From: Microthyrium microscopicum
Taxonomy: Eukaryota
Direction of reading: 5' to 3'
Length of the DNA: 64,000 bases
Assembly: GCA_010405405.1 (NCBI GenBank)
Contig: MU004240.1
Location: 200,316-264,315, forward strand
Part shown: piece after piece, positions 50,166-63,409 of the stretch
Layout: every line of letters begins with the position of its first letter
Numbering within the stretch: the stretch's first letter is position 1
The notes under the pieces: model-generated
Seen by the model: the letters and a program-made list of their open reading frames with translations, nothing else
Database searches by the model: none
Told to the model about the DNA's origin: nothing
Made by a program: the position numbers and the translations under genes

Positions 50166-51044
50166 GTTTGCAGGTAGGGAGAAGCAGGGCGGGAAAACGA
50201 AGGAGCCGGACAATGGTAGTTGAGCAACAGCGAGGGCTTTTGGTGTTATAAGATGGCGATGGCAAGTTCAAAACACGACCCAAGCGAGAGAAGAGACGTG
50301 AATTTCGAAGAGTTGAAGTTGTGGAGGTGTGGAGATGGCAGGTTGAGGAGAATTGTCGAGAAAGGACTGCTTTGACCAGACTGGCTTTTGGTGGATCAAA
50401 ATGGCTGGCGAAGCAACTGCAACTCAACAAACTGCAGGAGCAACGCAACGACAGGGAAGGATCGCTGGACCACACCTCAACTTTGGGAAGCCACCATCCT
50501 CAAACGAGGAAAGCGCGGTTGGCTGGGAGCCGTAAGAGGCCAGTGCATTGCAGAGTCGCGACCACGAGCCAATGAAATGGATCCACTTTCGATGCATTTT
50601 GCAGCTACGCCACGATCGTCCAGAATGCCCCTGCTTGGTCTGGTTTGGCCCAATTATTCTTAGCTTTTCCGTCTCTCGTCGCGCTCGTGTTCTCGTTGTC
50701 ATACATATTTCAACCTCGACACTATTTTCCGGAACTCCACCTCTATTGCACACTATCACCTGCATCTGCATAAGGTATGGAGCTTGTTTTATGATAAACT
50801 AAGGTTCTTTATAGGCTTATATATGTACAATGTACAGAGTCGGCTCTCTCATTAGCACTTGTATCAAGCTTGAGCTCGACCGTGGGATATCAATCATCTG
50901 ATGCTTCTTCCTTCCCCATTCCCCAAGAACAAGCAATAATCAACTACTGCGCTATTCAGCAGCTACAAATACAAGAATATGCAAAATGCCTATTTTTCAA
51001 ATCTTTTTTTCTTTTCTAGAAACATAACATCTTAGACCTCCTGT

Positions 51045-52458
51045 CTATTTTTTGAACCAGCTTTTGCCAGCAGGAGGCTTTAGTTGCTCTGGAGTAGCCG
51101 CAACAACAACCAGTGCGATCACCATGACCTAAAGAGCACGGAATTAGTTCGGTTGTCTTGTAAAGAGATTGAAAAGCAGGTCAACTTACCTCTGATTGTT
51201 TGCCGTGGTCAAGGTTACCAGCTCGTTGGTCAAAATCATATTTGCCCGATATCGACCATTCTTGGTCCTTGGACAGCATCGTATCCTTGACGCCGCAGTG
51301 CGACATGCTGGAGATGTGGTCAACTGCGAGCTCGTCATCACCCATCTTGCCCCAGGTGAACTTGTACTGCGGTGTTTCGGCGTAACGAGCATTCGAGTTG
51401 CAGAGTTGAGTGTTGTTGTTGGTTCGGATTTCAATATCTGTACCACCATCGTGCAAATGACCGACAGCGGCAATGACTTTTCCTTCGAAATTGGGCTTCC
51501 ATGGCACACTGGTCATTTCGAACTTGCCCTTCTCCACTGGTGGTGGGAGCTCAGAAAGACCGCAAGCATCAGCATCGAGCCAGACGACCTTGGTGTTCTT
51601 CCAGCCTGGCCGGAGTGGTCCGTCGAGGATATCGTATGTCATGGTCAGATAGACGACCTTGTCTTCCATGTTCATGTTCATCAAATCCACGAGGTAGTCG
51701 AATGTGTCGTCAGGTCCAACATAGTATCCAGTTCCGCTCGACAAGTCCTTGCCGTCAGCATTGAAGTTGAATACTGATCGCTCATTGCCAGAGGAGAAGT
51801 ATCGCTCAGTCTTCCACGGTACTCCATTAACACCGAAATGTGGCGATGAATACCATCTGTTGTAGCAGACGGGATCCCATCGGTTTGGCCCTGTTACCAA
51901 GTGGATCATATGGTGTAGCCACATGCCAGAGTCGATCATCGCTTCTGTGCCGTTGGCATATTCTAGACCGGAAAATTGTTTTAATATAACGCATTCTCCT
52001 TTGCACGGTTTCTCGACCTTGTTGTCGTGGAAGTTCCACAACATGCCGTGCTCGCCTGTCATCCACGCATATCGGTTCATGTTTGGTGACTTGTATGGAC
52101 CAGACCGGACCTTGACTCGCCGTACGCCTGGTAGAGGGTTATCGGTCTTTAGTTCCTGGAAGCGAGGAGCGGCTCCTTCTGGGTCGTTGACTTTGACGCC
52201 GAGACCTTAACAATGTTAGAAACGGAGACTGTCGTCTTGTGTTTTGTTTCAAGACTTACCAAGTGCGGTGTACATGGCATCAATAGTTGACATGTATGAC
52301 GAAGATGTCGAATTGTTCTTCGTCGTCGCACCCATATCCATTCCTCCGTGGCCAGAGTGGGCAGCAGGTGGGTCGCTGTGAGGGCCATCCGGTCGTGGTA
52401 ACGCAGTAACAGCAGATACTAACAGGCACAAGGCCCGAATGCTAGAGAGTGGTGCCAT
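51045..52458 (-). CDS. Secreted His-motif protein, putative PHM/DBH-like copper-binding enzyme, 3 exons
   Basis: Signal peptide MAPLSSIRALCLLVSAVTA. Motifs KPCKGEC, GLEYANG, WLHH, FSSGNERS, DLMNMN, GHLHDGG, HISSMSHC and EVMVI (last exon). Canonical introns. Confidence 0.75.
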
Positions 52459-55325
52459 AGTGCTGACTCTGTGATGCCTTCTTCTTCTTTTTTTGGTTCG
52501 CAGTCGGGAAGTGTTGACTTGACAGGAGAAAGAAAAAAGGCACGTTTTTACGGAAGAGACAGAGGTTAAAAATGCCTTTGGGCAACGATATGCCGTTCGT
52601 CTCACATTTGCTACTGTGCAAGCATGCTTTCTCTAACAATTTAATTAAAATCGTCTAGAGCCACGGGCAATATGGGACAATTAAGATTTGGTCCATGGGG
52701 CTCACAAGCCAAAGCTTTGATAATGGTCTCGTCTGATCTTGATACAGATTGACTATCGCTCAACCCGCTAAGTACAGGCTACCGATTCCTCACAGTGCAC
52801 GGGGTCCAATTCATTTGTGTGAATAGGTAATAAATTTCCATCAAGAAAGCTGGCTTGTTATTCGTCCGAAACGTCTTGCTTGGGCCTCGCCACCTATCCT
52901 TTTGACGTAGACTGGATACTGGTAGAAAATCGGCCCTGATCAAGAGAGCGATGAACGACTTATCTGTACGACCTCCTAGAATCGCAAAACTGTGGGCTAT
53001 GAATGCCGCCCTATCTGCCCACTTCTTTGGTTCCCTAGATCATCCCAACTCAGGCACGCGAGCGAGGCGTTTCGAGATGAGTTTATGGCTATATGAGTAT
53101 ATGTCCGACTCCACAACTAATATCGGCTACCAGATACATAGAAAAGGCTTTTTAGTTTTTGCCCAGGAGTCGATCATCACTATATTGTTGCCCACACTGT
53201 GCAGGGCCTGGAGGGCAAAACTGCTCAGTCACTTGCATTTTTTTGCCCCAAGTCCAGGGTCCAGACAAGACTGATCAGAAGCATGCAACTAATCTCCGCA
53301 TGCCTCTCGTCGCGGCAGTGTCAGATAAACTTTATCGGGGACTAATTGTGATTGGATCCCTCACTATAATCTCGCTCGCATATTCACCAGGGCTATCAGT
53401 TATTCAAGACCCCGTCTTCTGCACCTGTTAAACGTGAGACTATTTCTTAGCTTACAATCTAGACCATTATTCTACTCCGTCTTGGGTTGGAGAACAGACT
53501 GTTTGTTGATCAGTATCGCTTCTGGACTCAACCCGATTGGTATCAAAGTGGTGATATTATCAGCCCATCATCGTTCATAGGTATACCTTCGACCCTATTT
53601 CGCAAAATAATTCACGCTGGAACCCCTATAGCGAGATGGATCTATTTGTGGTTCTTCTTTTCAATGGGGTCATATTTCAGATTTACCCCAGCTTTGGACG
53701 CCTCAGAATAAATGTCCACCCCTGAATCCTCCTCCCTTGGGATTCTATGACCACCACAGATTATGATGGAATCTATCGAGTGCGAATGCGATAGTATCAT
53801 CTTGCCAAGAGAGCACTTGGCCTTGTATCAACAGATGAACAAACTCGCTTCATCAGTAATCAACTGTGACGGGACATGGAGCACTCTTCCTTTTACAGAG
53901 AAGTTGAAACTAAGCAACGATTACCGCACTTAGCAATTTAACCACAGAATATCCAATTGACTTTTCTGCAACTGTCAAAAGAACTCGGTAGAAACCTTAT
54001 TATTCTCTTTTTGCCACGCGATGTGGCTGATCAGGACAGACCCAGTAGCCAAACTCTGGGGACACTCTACTTTACCACTCTATGATGATGATGCCAACGC
54101 TCTGCAGATGATAAGCCCAGGTCATCGGAAGCTTCTTTCACAGCGCCATGGCCGACGGGATGGGGCGAGAATCGCCTTGACAGTATTGTTGTTGAACTAT
54201 TGGTGCAATGCTAGTCGGGCAACATTTCGGACCTTCCGGGATTCCAGTACAAAGTCGTATATACATCTCGTCCGAGATATATATTATATGTATTTTGGCG
54301 CCTTTCAGACCCTTTGAAAACTAGAAATACGTTCTAGGAAGGGCCATGTGGCAACCGAATCCTAGTTGGTACCTGGAATTATTCTAGAGCAAAAATGTGC
54401 AATGTCTACATGGGATGATGCTGTCTGATAGAGTGACAGGAACACATGCGTGTGCTATAGCTGAATGGACCTATAGTATCATGTCATCGTTGTACGGGTG
54501 GCGAGTTTTTGTTTGGCCTCCATGCTCAATGTAGGTACGTCTCTATCGAAGCCGACATCCGTCCTTGTGATTTACGCAGGCATGGTCAATTACCAGATGA
54601 AGCCTCGCGTGCGCTTGTATTAGGCGAATACTTCTACTCCCGACAAAGGGCCGCATCGCCCAATGCTTTGGGCTTATTTGCGTTACTGTGCTCGATTATG
54701 CTCTGGAATTTGGCATGAGGGCCCGCTAATGTCCATTGAGGTTTGCCTCTCCGTCTTCCTGTCAGGCTGTCAAAGTCGATGAACTAGAGGACCCTAGATC
54801 TTTTGTCGAGTGCAGTCGCTGACGATCGTCAATAATCCGATTATCAGGAAACGATCTTTACATTGCTAGCAAGGTCTGGTCGCGGCGAGCCTTCTAGAAG
54901 AAACTAGGGACATTAGTCTCTGATCATGGGAATGAGCAACGTTAGGCTCGCTGTGATTGACTGTATCCATCTGTGTCAGTCAGGGCACGTAGATTGGCGG
55001 CTAATTGCCAATACAACTACCTATCTTCCAGTGCATATTCTCCGATTTAACAAAACGGGTGATTGACGCGTACAATCTTTTTTTTGTAATGGTATCTGGT
55101 CAAGTTGATATTACACCGGTCACTCTCTGAATCATGGAGTGAGGTTGGAGTTAGGCGCGGAACACCTTTCCTGATCGGGGAAGCGGGAAATCCGGACAAC
55201 AGCCGCTATTCGAGGCCAGTGCCGAAAACTCTCATCATCTGCTTTCCAAGACTTTACTCATCACTAATCACCCCTGAAATTATCGAGGTGATTTCCGAAA
55301 TACTAATCGCTGATCACTCATTCAT

Positions 55326-56954
55326 ATGGTTGGCACTCCAAAATTTGCTGGCTGTTCGACGTGTCGCACGCGCAAAATCCGCTGCGACCGTGGCCTGCCA
55401 GCTTGTCATCAGTGTCGCACGGCGGGTTGGACTTGCGAGGGATATGAACGCAAATACAAGTTCATTGAAGAAAGTGATGGCTTGAAAGAGAGTTATCAGC
55501 GCAAACGTTATCTCTTTGAAGATCTGAACGCTCAAATCCCAGTCCTACAACATGGCACAAGCGACATGACATTGGCAGTGAGACACGATGTTGAGGAAGA
55601 GTACAAAGCATTGCAATCAAAGTTTCGAGTAACTATATCTCGGCTCCCCACATCAATTGCAGAACGACAGAGCTCTATCTTGGGTATGTTCTTTCAATTG
55701 TACATCCATCTTCCGGTAGGCTGCTCGACTGGCTTGAGGACTTGTTGGCATTCTCGAGGACAAGCAACGGCAATACGTCTCATGGACCGTTATAATCATC
55801 CACGCATCAATGCATATCGCCGTTTCCTGGCTTTCTGAACGCTTTACCATTAGATCAGCGCGGAACACTAACGCGAACTAGCATATATGCTCACTGATGT
55901 CAAAAGTCAGGCACTCTTTCCGATACAAACACATGGAGGATACTTTCATTTCATACCACAAAGAATTGGGAGAAATCTAGCCCTAGATGATTCCATATCG
56001 TGTCTATCCTCCATTTATGAAGATGTACGAGCAGGCAGCACATCTTCGCCGAATACTTTGAAGATGTATGGTAAAAGCCTGTCGTCCTTGTGGCAATACC
56101 TTCAACAACCCTCCCTGCGATTAGAACTGGATACAGTATGCGCGTCACTTATTCTTCAACTATGTGAACTCATGCTTAGCCCAGACAAGGGAAACTGGGC
56201 AAGTCTCTCAAAAGGATCTAAGCTTCTCATGCAAGAATTGGGGAGTGACAAGTTCAAAGACCCATTCGGTAGAGCTATGCTGGAATCGCAAAGAACATTT
56301 TACATGGTCCAAGATGCCAGCGTTGGGAAAGCATGTTTTCTCGCCGAACAAGAATGGCGAAATCTGAGTCAACTACCAGACCCATCCGTGCCTATCCACA
56401 AATACAGTACCCTCCTTCTACGAACGACGATGTCGGACTTGCTTTTGGACTTCTTTCAGCTTTTGTTCATAGGCGAATCGTTGTTCCCAGACGATGATCC
56501 TATCACCGCACCTGTCGATTGTCACCAGCTCCAACAGTTTTTGCAATCAATTTGGCTTGTGTACTTCAAAATGGAAACCTTTTACGAAGAAACTTTGAAG
56601 CCTCTTTTGCCACCGGATCTTCCAAGGCTGTATCCAGATATTCTCATGGCCAGAATAGAGTGTTCACTCACTGCCATTCTGGCCAAACTTCAAACCTACG
56701 CGGAACAAGTCAGGCTAACAATCGACATTGATAAAGAAGCAGACATACCTCTAGATGTCGATCTTGTGGCTGAGAGAATGCAAATATGGAAGCAAGCCTT
56801 CCTTTTCGTCAAAGAACAATTTCCAATGGCCACCAAAACACTTGACTTTGGTCTCCAATTATTCTGGTCACGAGGTGGCTTTGGCTCAAAAACAGTGGTA
56901 ATTCCAGGATCGGATTTCAAGAGAACGGAAAATGAGAATATCTATCTATTCTAA
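55326..56954 (+). CDS. Zn(II)2Cys6 transcription factor, 2 exons
   Basis: CSTCRTRKIRCDRGLPACHQCRTAGWTC cluster. GTATGT...CTAAC...TAG intron 55684-55881 joins in frame to a fungal TF middle region. Confidence 0.92.
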
Positions 56955-56974
56955 GTCTACTATGTCTACTATGT

Positions 56975-58174
56975 TTAACTACGGGCTTTAGATGCCGCTA
57001 TCTGGGCTCGAACCTTGGCCGCTCGCTCCTCGCCTCCGGTAGCACTAAAATGACCCTCCAGTCCCTTCCAGGTCTTCCCAGCAAACATTTCACCTCGTTT
57101 GAACATGGCCTCTTCGAATGCAGCGAGAATGGGTCCAAGGCTGATGTGGTCAACTTCTGCTTTGACGATCGCTCTCGAGAGCTCCAGTGCGTCGACCATG
57201 GCTACATTTACACCCACTCCAGCAAATGGAGTCATCAAATGTGCAGAGTCTCCAATCAATGTTACACCCTCTCGATGCTCCCACTTAACACCCACAGGAA
57301 GCATGTAAAGAGCGCGAGTGACGAGGTTGTCCTTGCTTTCGAGAATGCATCGCTTCAAGTCGTCACCACAGTTTGCAAACGGCCCATCCCCTGCCACCAA
57401 CTTTTCTCGGGCTGTCTCAGGTTGTGACCAGTCGATTCCACATTCCTGCAGCCAATTCTGGGGTTGACGAACGCAAGCATAGGTGCGGATGCTGTTGTTA
57501 CCGTTTCTTTGGGACATGATTGCTCGCCCTTGGTCAAACATGAACATGCTACCATCACCAACATATTCAGATAGCCAGGGTTGCTTTTGGTCAACATCAA
57601 GTGCCCATTGCTCGATTGCGGTGACGCCAGAATAGTGAGGCTTGATGTTGGTGAGCAGTGATCGGACTTTGGACCAAGCACCGTCAGCGCCGACCACAAG
57701 ATCAAAATCATTTTCGACTGAATCGGCAAAGTGAAGATTGTGTTTTGGCGATGTGGGTGTTGACTGCTCAACAGCAATAAGTTTCTTGCCCCAGCGAATT
57801 GTGTCTGGTAACAAGGAGTCGAGAAGCATTTGGCGAAGTTTCTGGCGGTCAATCTCGGGTCGATCGTCCTCATCGTCAGGGCGCTCTGGCATCTCTGCCT
57901 TCTCATCGAGAAGCAAGGTGCCGTCAAACTTGACTAGCTTGTCGAATTGGCCTTCTGGTCGAGAGAACTTCTTGAACTCTTCAATGAGTCCAGCTTCTAG
58001 TAAGGCAGATTGGCCTCCACGTTTGTGTAGATCGACAGTGCCTCCTTGATCGCGGCCTTGAGCAGAGGGTTCGAGTTCGAAGATTGTACAAGAGATCTTG
58101 CTGACTTGTAGGAGGCGAGCGAGGGTAAGACCTGCAGGACCTGCTCCGATGATGGCGATGCGAAGAGGTGACAT
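56975..58174 (-). CDS. TetX-like class A flavin-dependent monooxygenase, intronless
   Basis: GAGPAG, QGGTVDLH..GGQ.AL..AGL, RPEIDR, VGADGAWSKVR and GDSAHLMTPFAGVGVNVAMVDALEL. Confidence 0.92.
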   Translation of the reverse strand: MSPLRIAIIGAGPAGLTLARLLQVSKISCTIFELEPSAQGRDQGGTVDLHKRGGQSALLEAGLIEEFKKFSRPEGQFDKLVKFDGTLLLDEKAEMPERPDDEDDRPEIDRQKLRQMLLDSLLPDTIRWGKKLIAVEQSTPTSPKHNLHFADSVENDFDLVVGADGAWSKVRSLLTNIKPHYSGVTAIEQWALDVDQKQPWLSEYVGDGSMFMFDQGRAIMSQRNGNNSIRTYACVRQPQNWLQECGIDWSQPETAREKLVAGDGPFANCGDDLKRCILESKDNLVTRALYMLPVGVKWEHREGVTLIGDSAHLMTPFAGVGVNVAMVDALELSRAIVKAEVDHISLGPILAAFEEAMFKRGEMFAGKTWKGLEGHFSATGGEERAAKVRAQIAASKARS

Positions 58175-59151
58175 GGTGAACTTGACGAAAATATCGATGT
58201 TATGTTTGTGAATTGGTTTTGATATAATATGTGTAACGATGATATGATGACTTTGATGAGATGAATTGAATTGAATGATTTCAAGTATTAACGCAGGTTC
58301 AAGCCTCTTCTTATACCCATACTTCCACTGCTGCCTGGACTATTTAATTCGCACTTATTTGTCCCCATTTCAAAGCAAGATAAGGTGGATTGGACACTTC
58401 GCAGAAAGAACCATCGGTCAAGAACAAAAGGTGCAAAACGTGGCGCTGCAGTAACGATCTTCGCCTTGAGATCTCGGCTTTCCAATTGGCTGAATCGCAG
58501 GATGGTCCTTCAGTTTGAGGCAATGGCGGCCGAGCTTTACAGGGATTGAGCTTTTGATCCATGTTTATGATTGGGTACTTCGCAACATCAACTCGCAGTA
58601 TTTCAGCCTTATAGCCATGTATGCTGGGACGCGCAGTGATAGTCTGTGTTCCAAAGATAGAAACATAGAGCGATACCCGGTATAAGTATATATCTAGACA
58701 CGTGTATCTGTTTTCATGCTAGCTATTAAAACGGTGATGGATATAAAAGTTGTTGTTAGATCGTCCTGTATCGATTTGATCATCCTGTCTCTGTACCTAG
58801 AATCACAAAGCTGTCCACAAGTCATGAGATTCTATATTACAGACAATTTCAATCCATATGGTAAAGATACATTTCCATCAATTGACTCTGGGAGAAATGG
58901 CTTCAGGCTTAGAAGTGATTTCGAGCAGATACACTGTAATCAGGATTATTTGACTTCTGGATGACATTTTCTAATTCTATGTGTAGTTCGCTCATGGAAT
59001 TACACACGATTCATAAAGGCTGAGATATTGAATGCTAATTGCAGAAGAAGACATGTAGTCTTTCTTCCGTTGGTTTTGTTTTGCTTACACGCAGATGATG
59101 TCGATTGGAAGCCAAGTCAGCTTCACAATCGTTCGTGGAGCAGAAGTACAG

Positions 59152-60885
59152 CTACACATAGGACTCCTTCATGGCCTCCTCGTCAGCCACTCTGCTGAAA
59201 GTTGTCGTACCCTCACTTAATGGCCCCATATGTCCAACCCACTCAATTTCCAGAGCAGCGACTCTACCGTCCCTACCACGCTTGAACTCGCCTGGGAAAC
59301 ACTGGTTGAGCAATGTAGGATTCCAAGGTGTCGTGATAGCCACAGCCCAGTAGTCGGCGAAAGCATGATGCAGACGGAGCTGATACTTGTAAGTCATTTC
59401 CGGACGGTCGGCGACCAGGACCATTTCCTCTAACTTTCCAGGGTGTGATTCTTCACGCAACGTGATGGTACCATAGCCGGGGTCAGAATAAGATCCAATC
59501 AGCTCGCTTGTCTTGAATGTGGAGGCAATGTTGGTCTCTGGACAGCTGGGGAAAGCATGCTTGATAGGATCCTCGATCTGGCCGGTTGCAAAATCAATTC
59601 TCTTCTCCCATCTAAAATGATGTTAGCAAGTTCCATTACAAGTAGCGAAGGGAGATTTTACGAGCTGTCGAAGTCGAACCGGTCGGCTTGCGGAATACCC
59701 AGCTTGTCTCCCATCAACTGGTAAGCAAGTATATCTTCGACAGCATTTGATGTGTATGCAGTATTGCCGAAAGCAACAACCCCAAACTTCTTATCAGGAA
59801 GCCAGTATACCTGACTTCCATAAGCATGCATCCCTCCGCTGTGTAGATAGAGCAAGTGGCCTTTATAAAGTGTTCTTTGCCACCCAAGTGAATACAACGA
59901 GACCTCAATGCCACCGCCTGGGGCTGTGGTTACAATTGACCTAGACTTCTTGATGTCTTTATGGACCTCCGACGAGAACGGTTCTGTTTCAAACAACAGG
60001 CACTTGACCCATTTCGCATAGTCAAGAACTGTCGAAAATGCACCACCCGCACCACTGATCTCCTCAACTTCCAAAAAATCAACCCATCTGTATTCACCGT
60101 TCTGCTTGTCCCAGTAGTAGCCATCTGCTAGATGATCGTCTGCTTTTTTGGCCTCGTCTAGGTTCAGGAAGGTCGACTTCATATCCAGTGGATCCCAAAT
60201 ATGCTCTTTCAGCACCTTTTCCAAGGACTTCCCTGACACTGTCTCCAAAATATGCGATAATACCACATACATGAAGTTGCAATAATGGAAGGTTGATCTC
60301 GGCTCCAAAACCATAGGTAGATTGCGAAGATTGCGCGTAACCGCCTTGGGCGTGACTCGTACTCCATTCTCTTCGCGGGCTGTGGAATTGAACTGGTCAG
60401 TCATGCCGGTTCTATGGCCGACAGCATCATCAAGAGTGACATGCTTGGTCGCCCACTCGTCTTGCAGGACAAAGTCTTCAGGAATGATGGAAGCTATTGT
60501 TGTCGACCAGCCTTTGGACAGCAAAGGCTCCGATTTGGAGTGGATGATCTCAGAAAGAGCTGCTGCTGTATGGGCTTTGGTAGTGGATGCGCAATACCAA
60601 AGTGTCTGAGCTGTAGCCGATATTTGTCCTTGGAGAGTAGCGTATCCGTAGCCCTATTACCAAGAGTTAACACTACTGTTTTGCCATAGCTAATGGAAAG
60701 ATAAGATCGTCAGGAGAAATCACCTCTGCATAAACATTCTCGCCATCGATGACTGCCAGTGAAATGCCCGGGACTTTCCACTTCTCCATTGTCTCCTTCA
60801 CAAATGTACCAAACTCCTTCGTCAACGGATTCTTCTCTTTAGCTTCAGCATGTTTTGTTGAGGAGTCTTCTTCGACCTCTGCCAT
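59152..60885 (-). CDS. Beta-lactamase / PBP-fold serine hydrolase (AmpC-like) with C-terminal DUF3471-like domain, 3 exons
   Basis: VPGISLAVI, catalytic SxxK (ASTTK), HRTG, YxN (YCN), HSGG and GSYSDPGYGTITL. Canonical introns. Confidence 0.9.
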
Positions 60886-62581
60886 GGCGAGTAAGAATAA
60901 TTTGAACTTGGTTATAGTCACAATGTAAGGTGATATCAGATTACAAATGCCCCTTAGGCAAATTTGCGGGACTGTGTTACTATATTAGCTTTATTCAACC
61001 CATGTCTTTCGGTATTGCTGTGATTACCCGAATCCTAAAGTCCCATCTATATGGTAGGATCTTGGATTTGCTACGCCTACCTGGTAGTGGGATGAAACAC
61101 ACTTTGACGAAATATGAATATTTGCAGCTTCAATTTACTGAACTATCGTTCGCGGAGCTTTTGGATTTCTCATTTACGAAGATTTCTGAACAATTTGCGC
61201 CATGGTATTTGGCCCGACTGCCGAGCAGCTGCTGAGTATGGCGGGTTGTGGTCTTCAATGTCAATGTGTCCATAACCCCTTTTCAAGTTCCTGGTCCATC
61301 TCTTCTCGCACCGTTTGGCAGCAGTGCACCTGCCACTGCAAGCCTGCCTTGCATCCCCGATTTTACTGCGCAGCATCTACTCCGTAGCGTGCTTTGGGTT
61401 ACTTCGCCACCGAGCTGTAGGCCATTTGACTGGAACATTTTGGACGATCTATCTGTTACGGACTGCAATGGCAGGACGTGTACTCGTGAACGACGGAGCA
61501 AACTCCGAATAGTGGGAGTTGGAGTGGGTCTGAGTCTCTTAAGCCTTACCTAACAAGTATTGGTTGAATGTTAGCACTTGGAATGGGGGAGCCACACTGG
61601 AGTGATTGGGGAGGGTTAGCAAACCAAATCGTGCCAAATTGATTTGCAGATCTTTACCCAAAATCGTTAGATAATTAAATCGAGGTCGACCCGCTAGACC
61701 TTAGGTCTAGTGGCTTAACCTTAATTTAATTTAATTAAAAGGGTTTAGCGGCACCAAGATAGAATTAGCTTATTATTATTTTAACGACATTCCGTTAATC
61801 TATGGATCCGTAAGTCTAAGAATATCATTAGGGAGGCGTATCCTAAAGGTACTAAAGCTATTAAAGTTAATAAAGTTAAATAAATCTTTAGCATAGCTAT
61901 AAGTAGTAAAATACTATATAAATCTATCTATATTATTAGTATGTCTTTAAATCTATAATACTTACTAAATAACACTAATTCCTTACTAATAAAGTTAATC
62001 TAGCGCCCTTTATAATAGCAAGAATCGTAAGAATAGTAAGAATTATAGTATCTAGAGTCGTTTAAGAAAGCCTACAACGTTAATAAAATAGTTCTTACGT
62101 AAATATCTTATAGCAAGCTATATTTTAGCTAAAATCCTAACTTTAACTTTACAATAAGGTTATAGGTATAGGAATTTAGCTAGAGAACTAATTCTTAGCG
62201 AATACTATTACTACCGCTACTATAGAATCTCTAGCCCTAGCTATAATATAGAAATATACGCTAAAATAGTACTATGCTACTATCTTTAGATTAATTTATA
62301 CTAATATTACTATTATAGAGCTAGCTAGAGCCTTATTTACTCCCTTCTTTATAGCGAGTAGTTCCTACTATGCTAACACCTAAGATATTAGTTTCTATAA
62401 CTCTAATATCTTTAACGCCCTTAAGAAGTAGGAAGTAAAACCTTAATTAGGCTATACTAGCGTTAATAATAGTTTTATATTACTATTTAGAGAAGATTAA
62501 TACTTATAGCGATATTAGTAGCGACACTCTTATAGGATAGAAGCTATAGTAGTAGCATATAGTTTCTATCCTCTTTAAAAC

Positions 62582-62791
62582 TGTGATGATTCCTCTTCAC
62601 AGGCTTGACAGCGGTCTTGCCCTGGAGGGGCTACCCCTGCACGGTGACGTCATAGTCACGTGTGGGTAGTCCGTGCGCGGATCCTCTACTACTTTAGCGC
62701 GCCTCCGTAGCTCTAGATCTCTCTTCCCTAGCTTTGCATTCAATATACTATCTTAATCTACTACGGCTCCCGTATCTCCAGGATCCTCACA
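62582..62791 (+). repeat. 5' LTR
   Basis: TGTGA...TCACA termini; 204/210 identical to 63410-63619. Confidence 0.95.
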
Positions 62792-62792
62792 T

Positions 62793-62803
62793 AATGCAAA
62801 GCT
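62793..62803 (+). other. Putative self-priming primer-binding site
   Basis: AATGCAAAGCT, 1 nt after the 5' LTR, is the exact reverse complement of AGCTTTGCATT at 62730-62740 inside the LTR. Confidence 0.8.
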
Positions 62804-63409
62804 CTTCAAACTCCAATTCCCGCGCTTACCCCGTGGGAGCAACTTGCCATCGGTTTGAATAGGCTCTTCAGCGCGCGAAGCGAGCGCGCAGCCATTCTAA
62901 AGCGCAGAAATTCAGCGCGCAAATTCAACACGCGTCCGTAGACGCTCAGACCACTTAGCAGCCCCTGCACACGCATGCCCCACCAACATTCGAAAACGGC
63001 TTCCCTACATTCCAAACTCCTTAATGCACGTTATTCCTTAGAGTACCAACGCTACGAACGGTCCCTAAGAGGATTTAGGTAGTCCCTCAGGAGACGAGAA
63101 GAACTAGTGGTTGGCAGGATCCCACTAAAATAACAGGAGCAGAAGGGATAGGAACGTTGGCAGATTCCCAAAAGTTAGGAACGAGTGGAGGATTCTCGGC
63201 ATTCTTGGCATCCTCGGCAAAAAACGGCATTCCACGGCACGTTCGATGGCTTCACAACAACAACAAAATAGTGGTTTTTCACCTATCTTCATGGTTCCCA
63301 CAGGTTTTCTACTCCCATAAGCAATTTTCAGAGAAGGATCTTTTCAGCAAGGCAGGAGCAAGTTTCAATTTAGTTTAGTTCAGAAGCACTAATTTTAAAG
63401 GGGGGCTCG

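Noticed and set aside
52900..54750. Short + strand ORFs in the long intergenic region
   Set aside because: Fragmentary, and no coherent spliced model was found.
62792..63409. Short ORFs or a chromodomain/integrase remnant inside the LTR element
   Set aside because: No frame gives a convincing gag, integrase or chromodomain motif.
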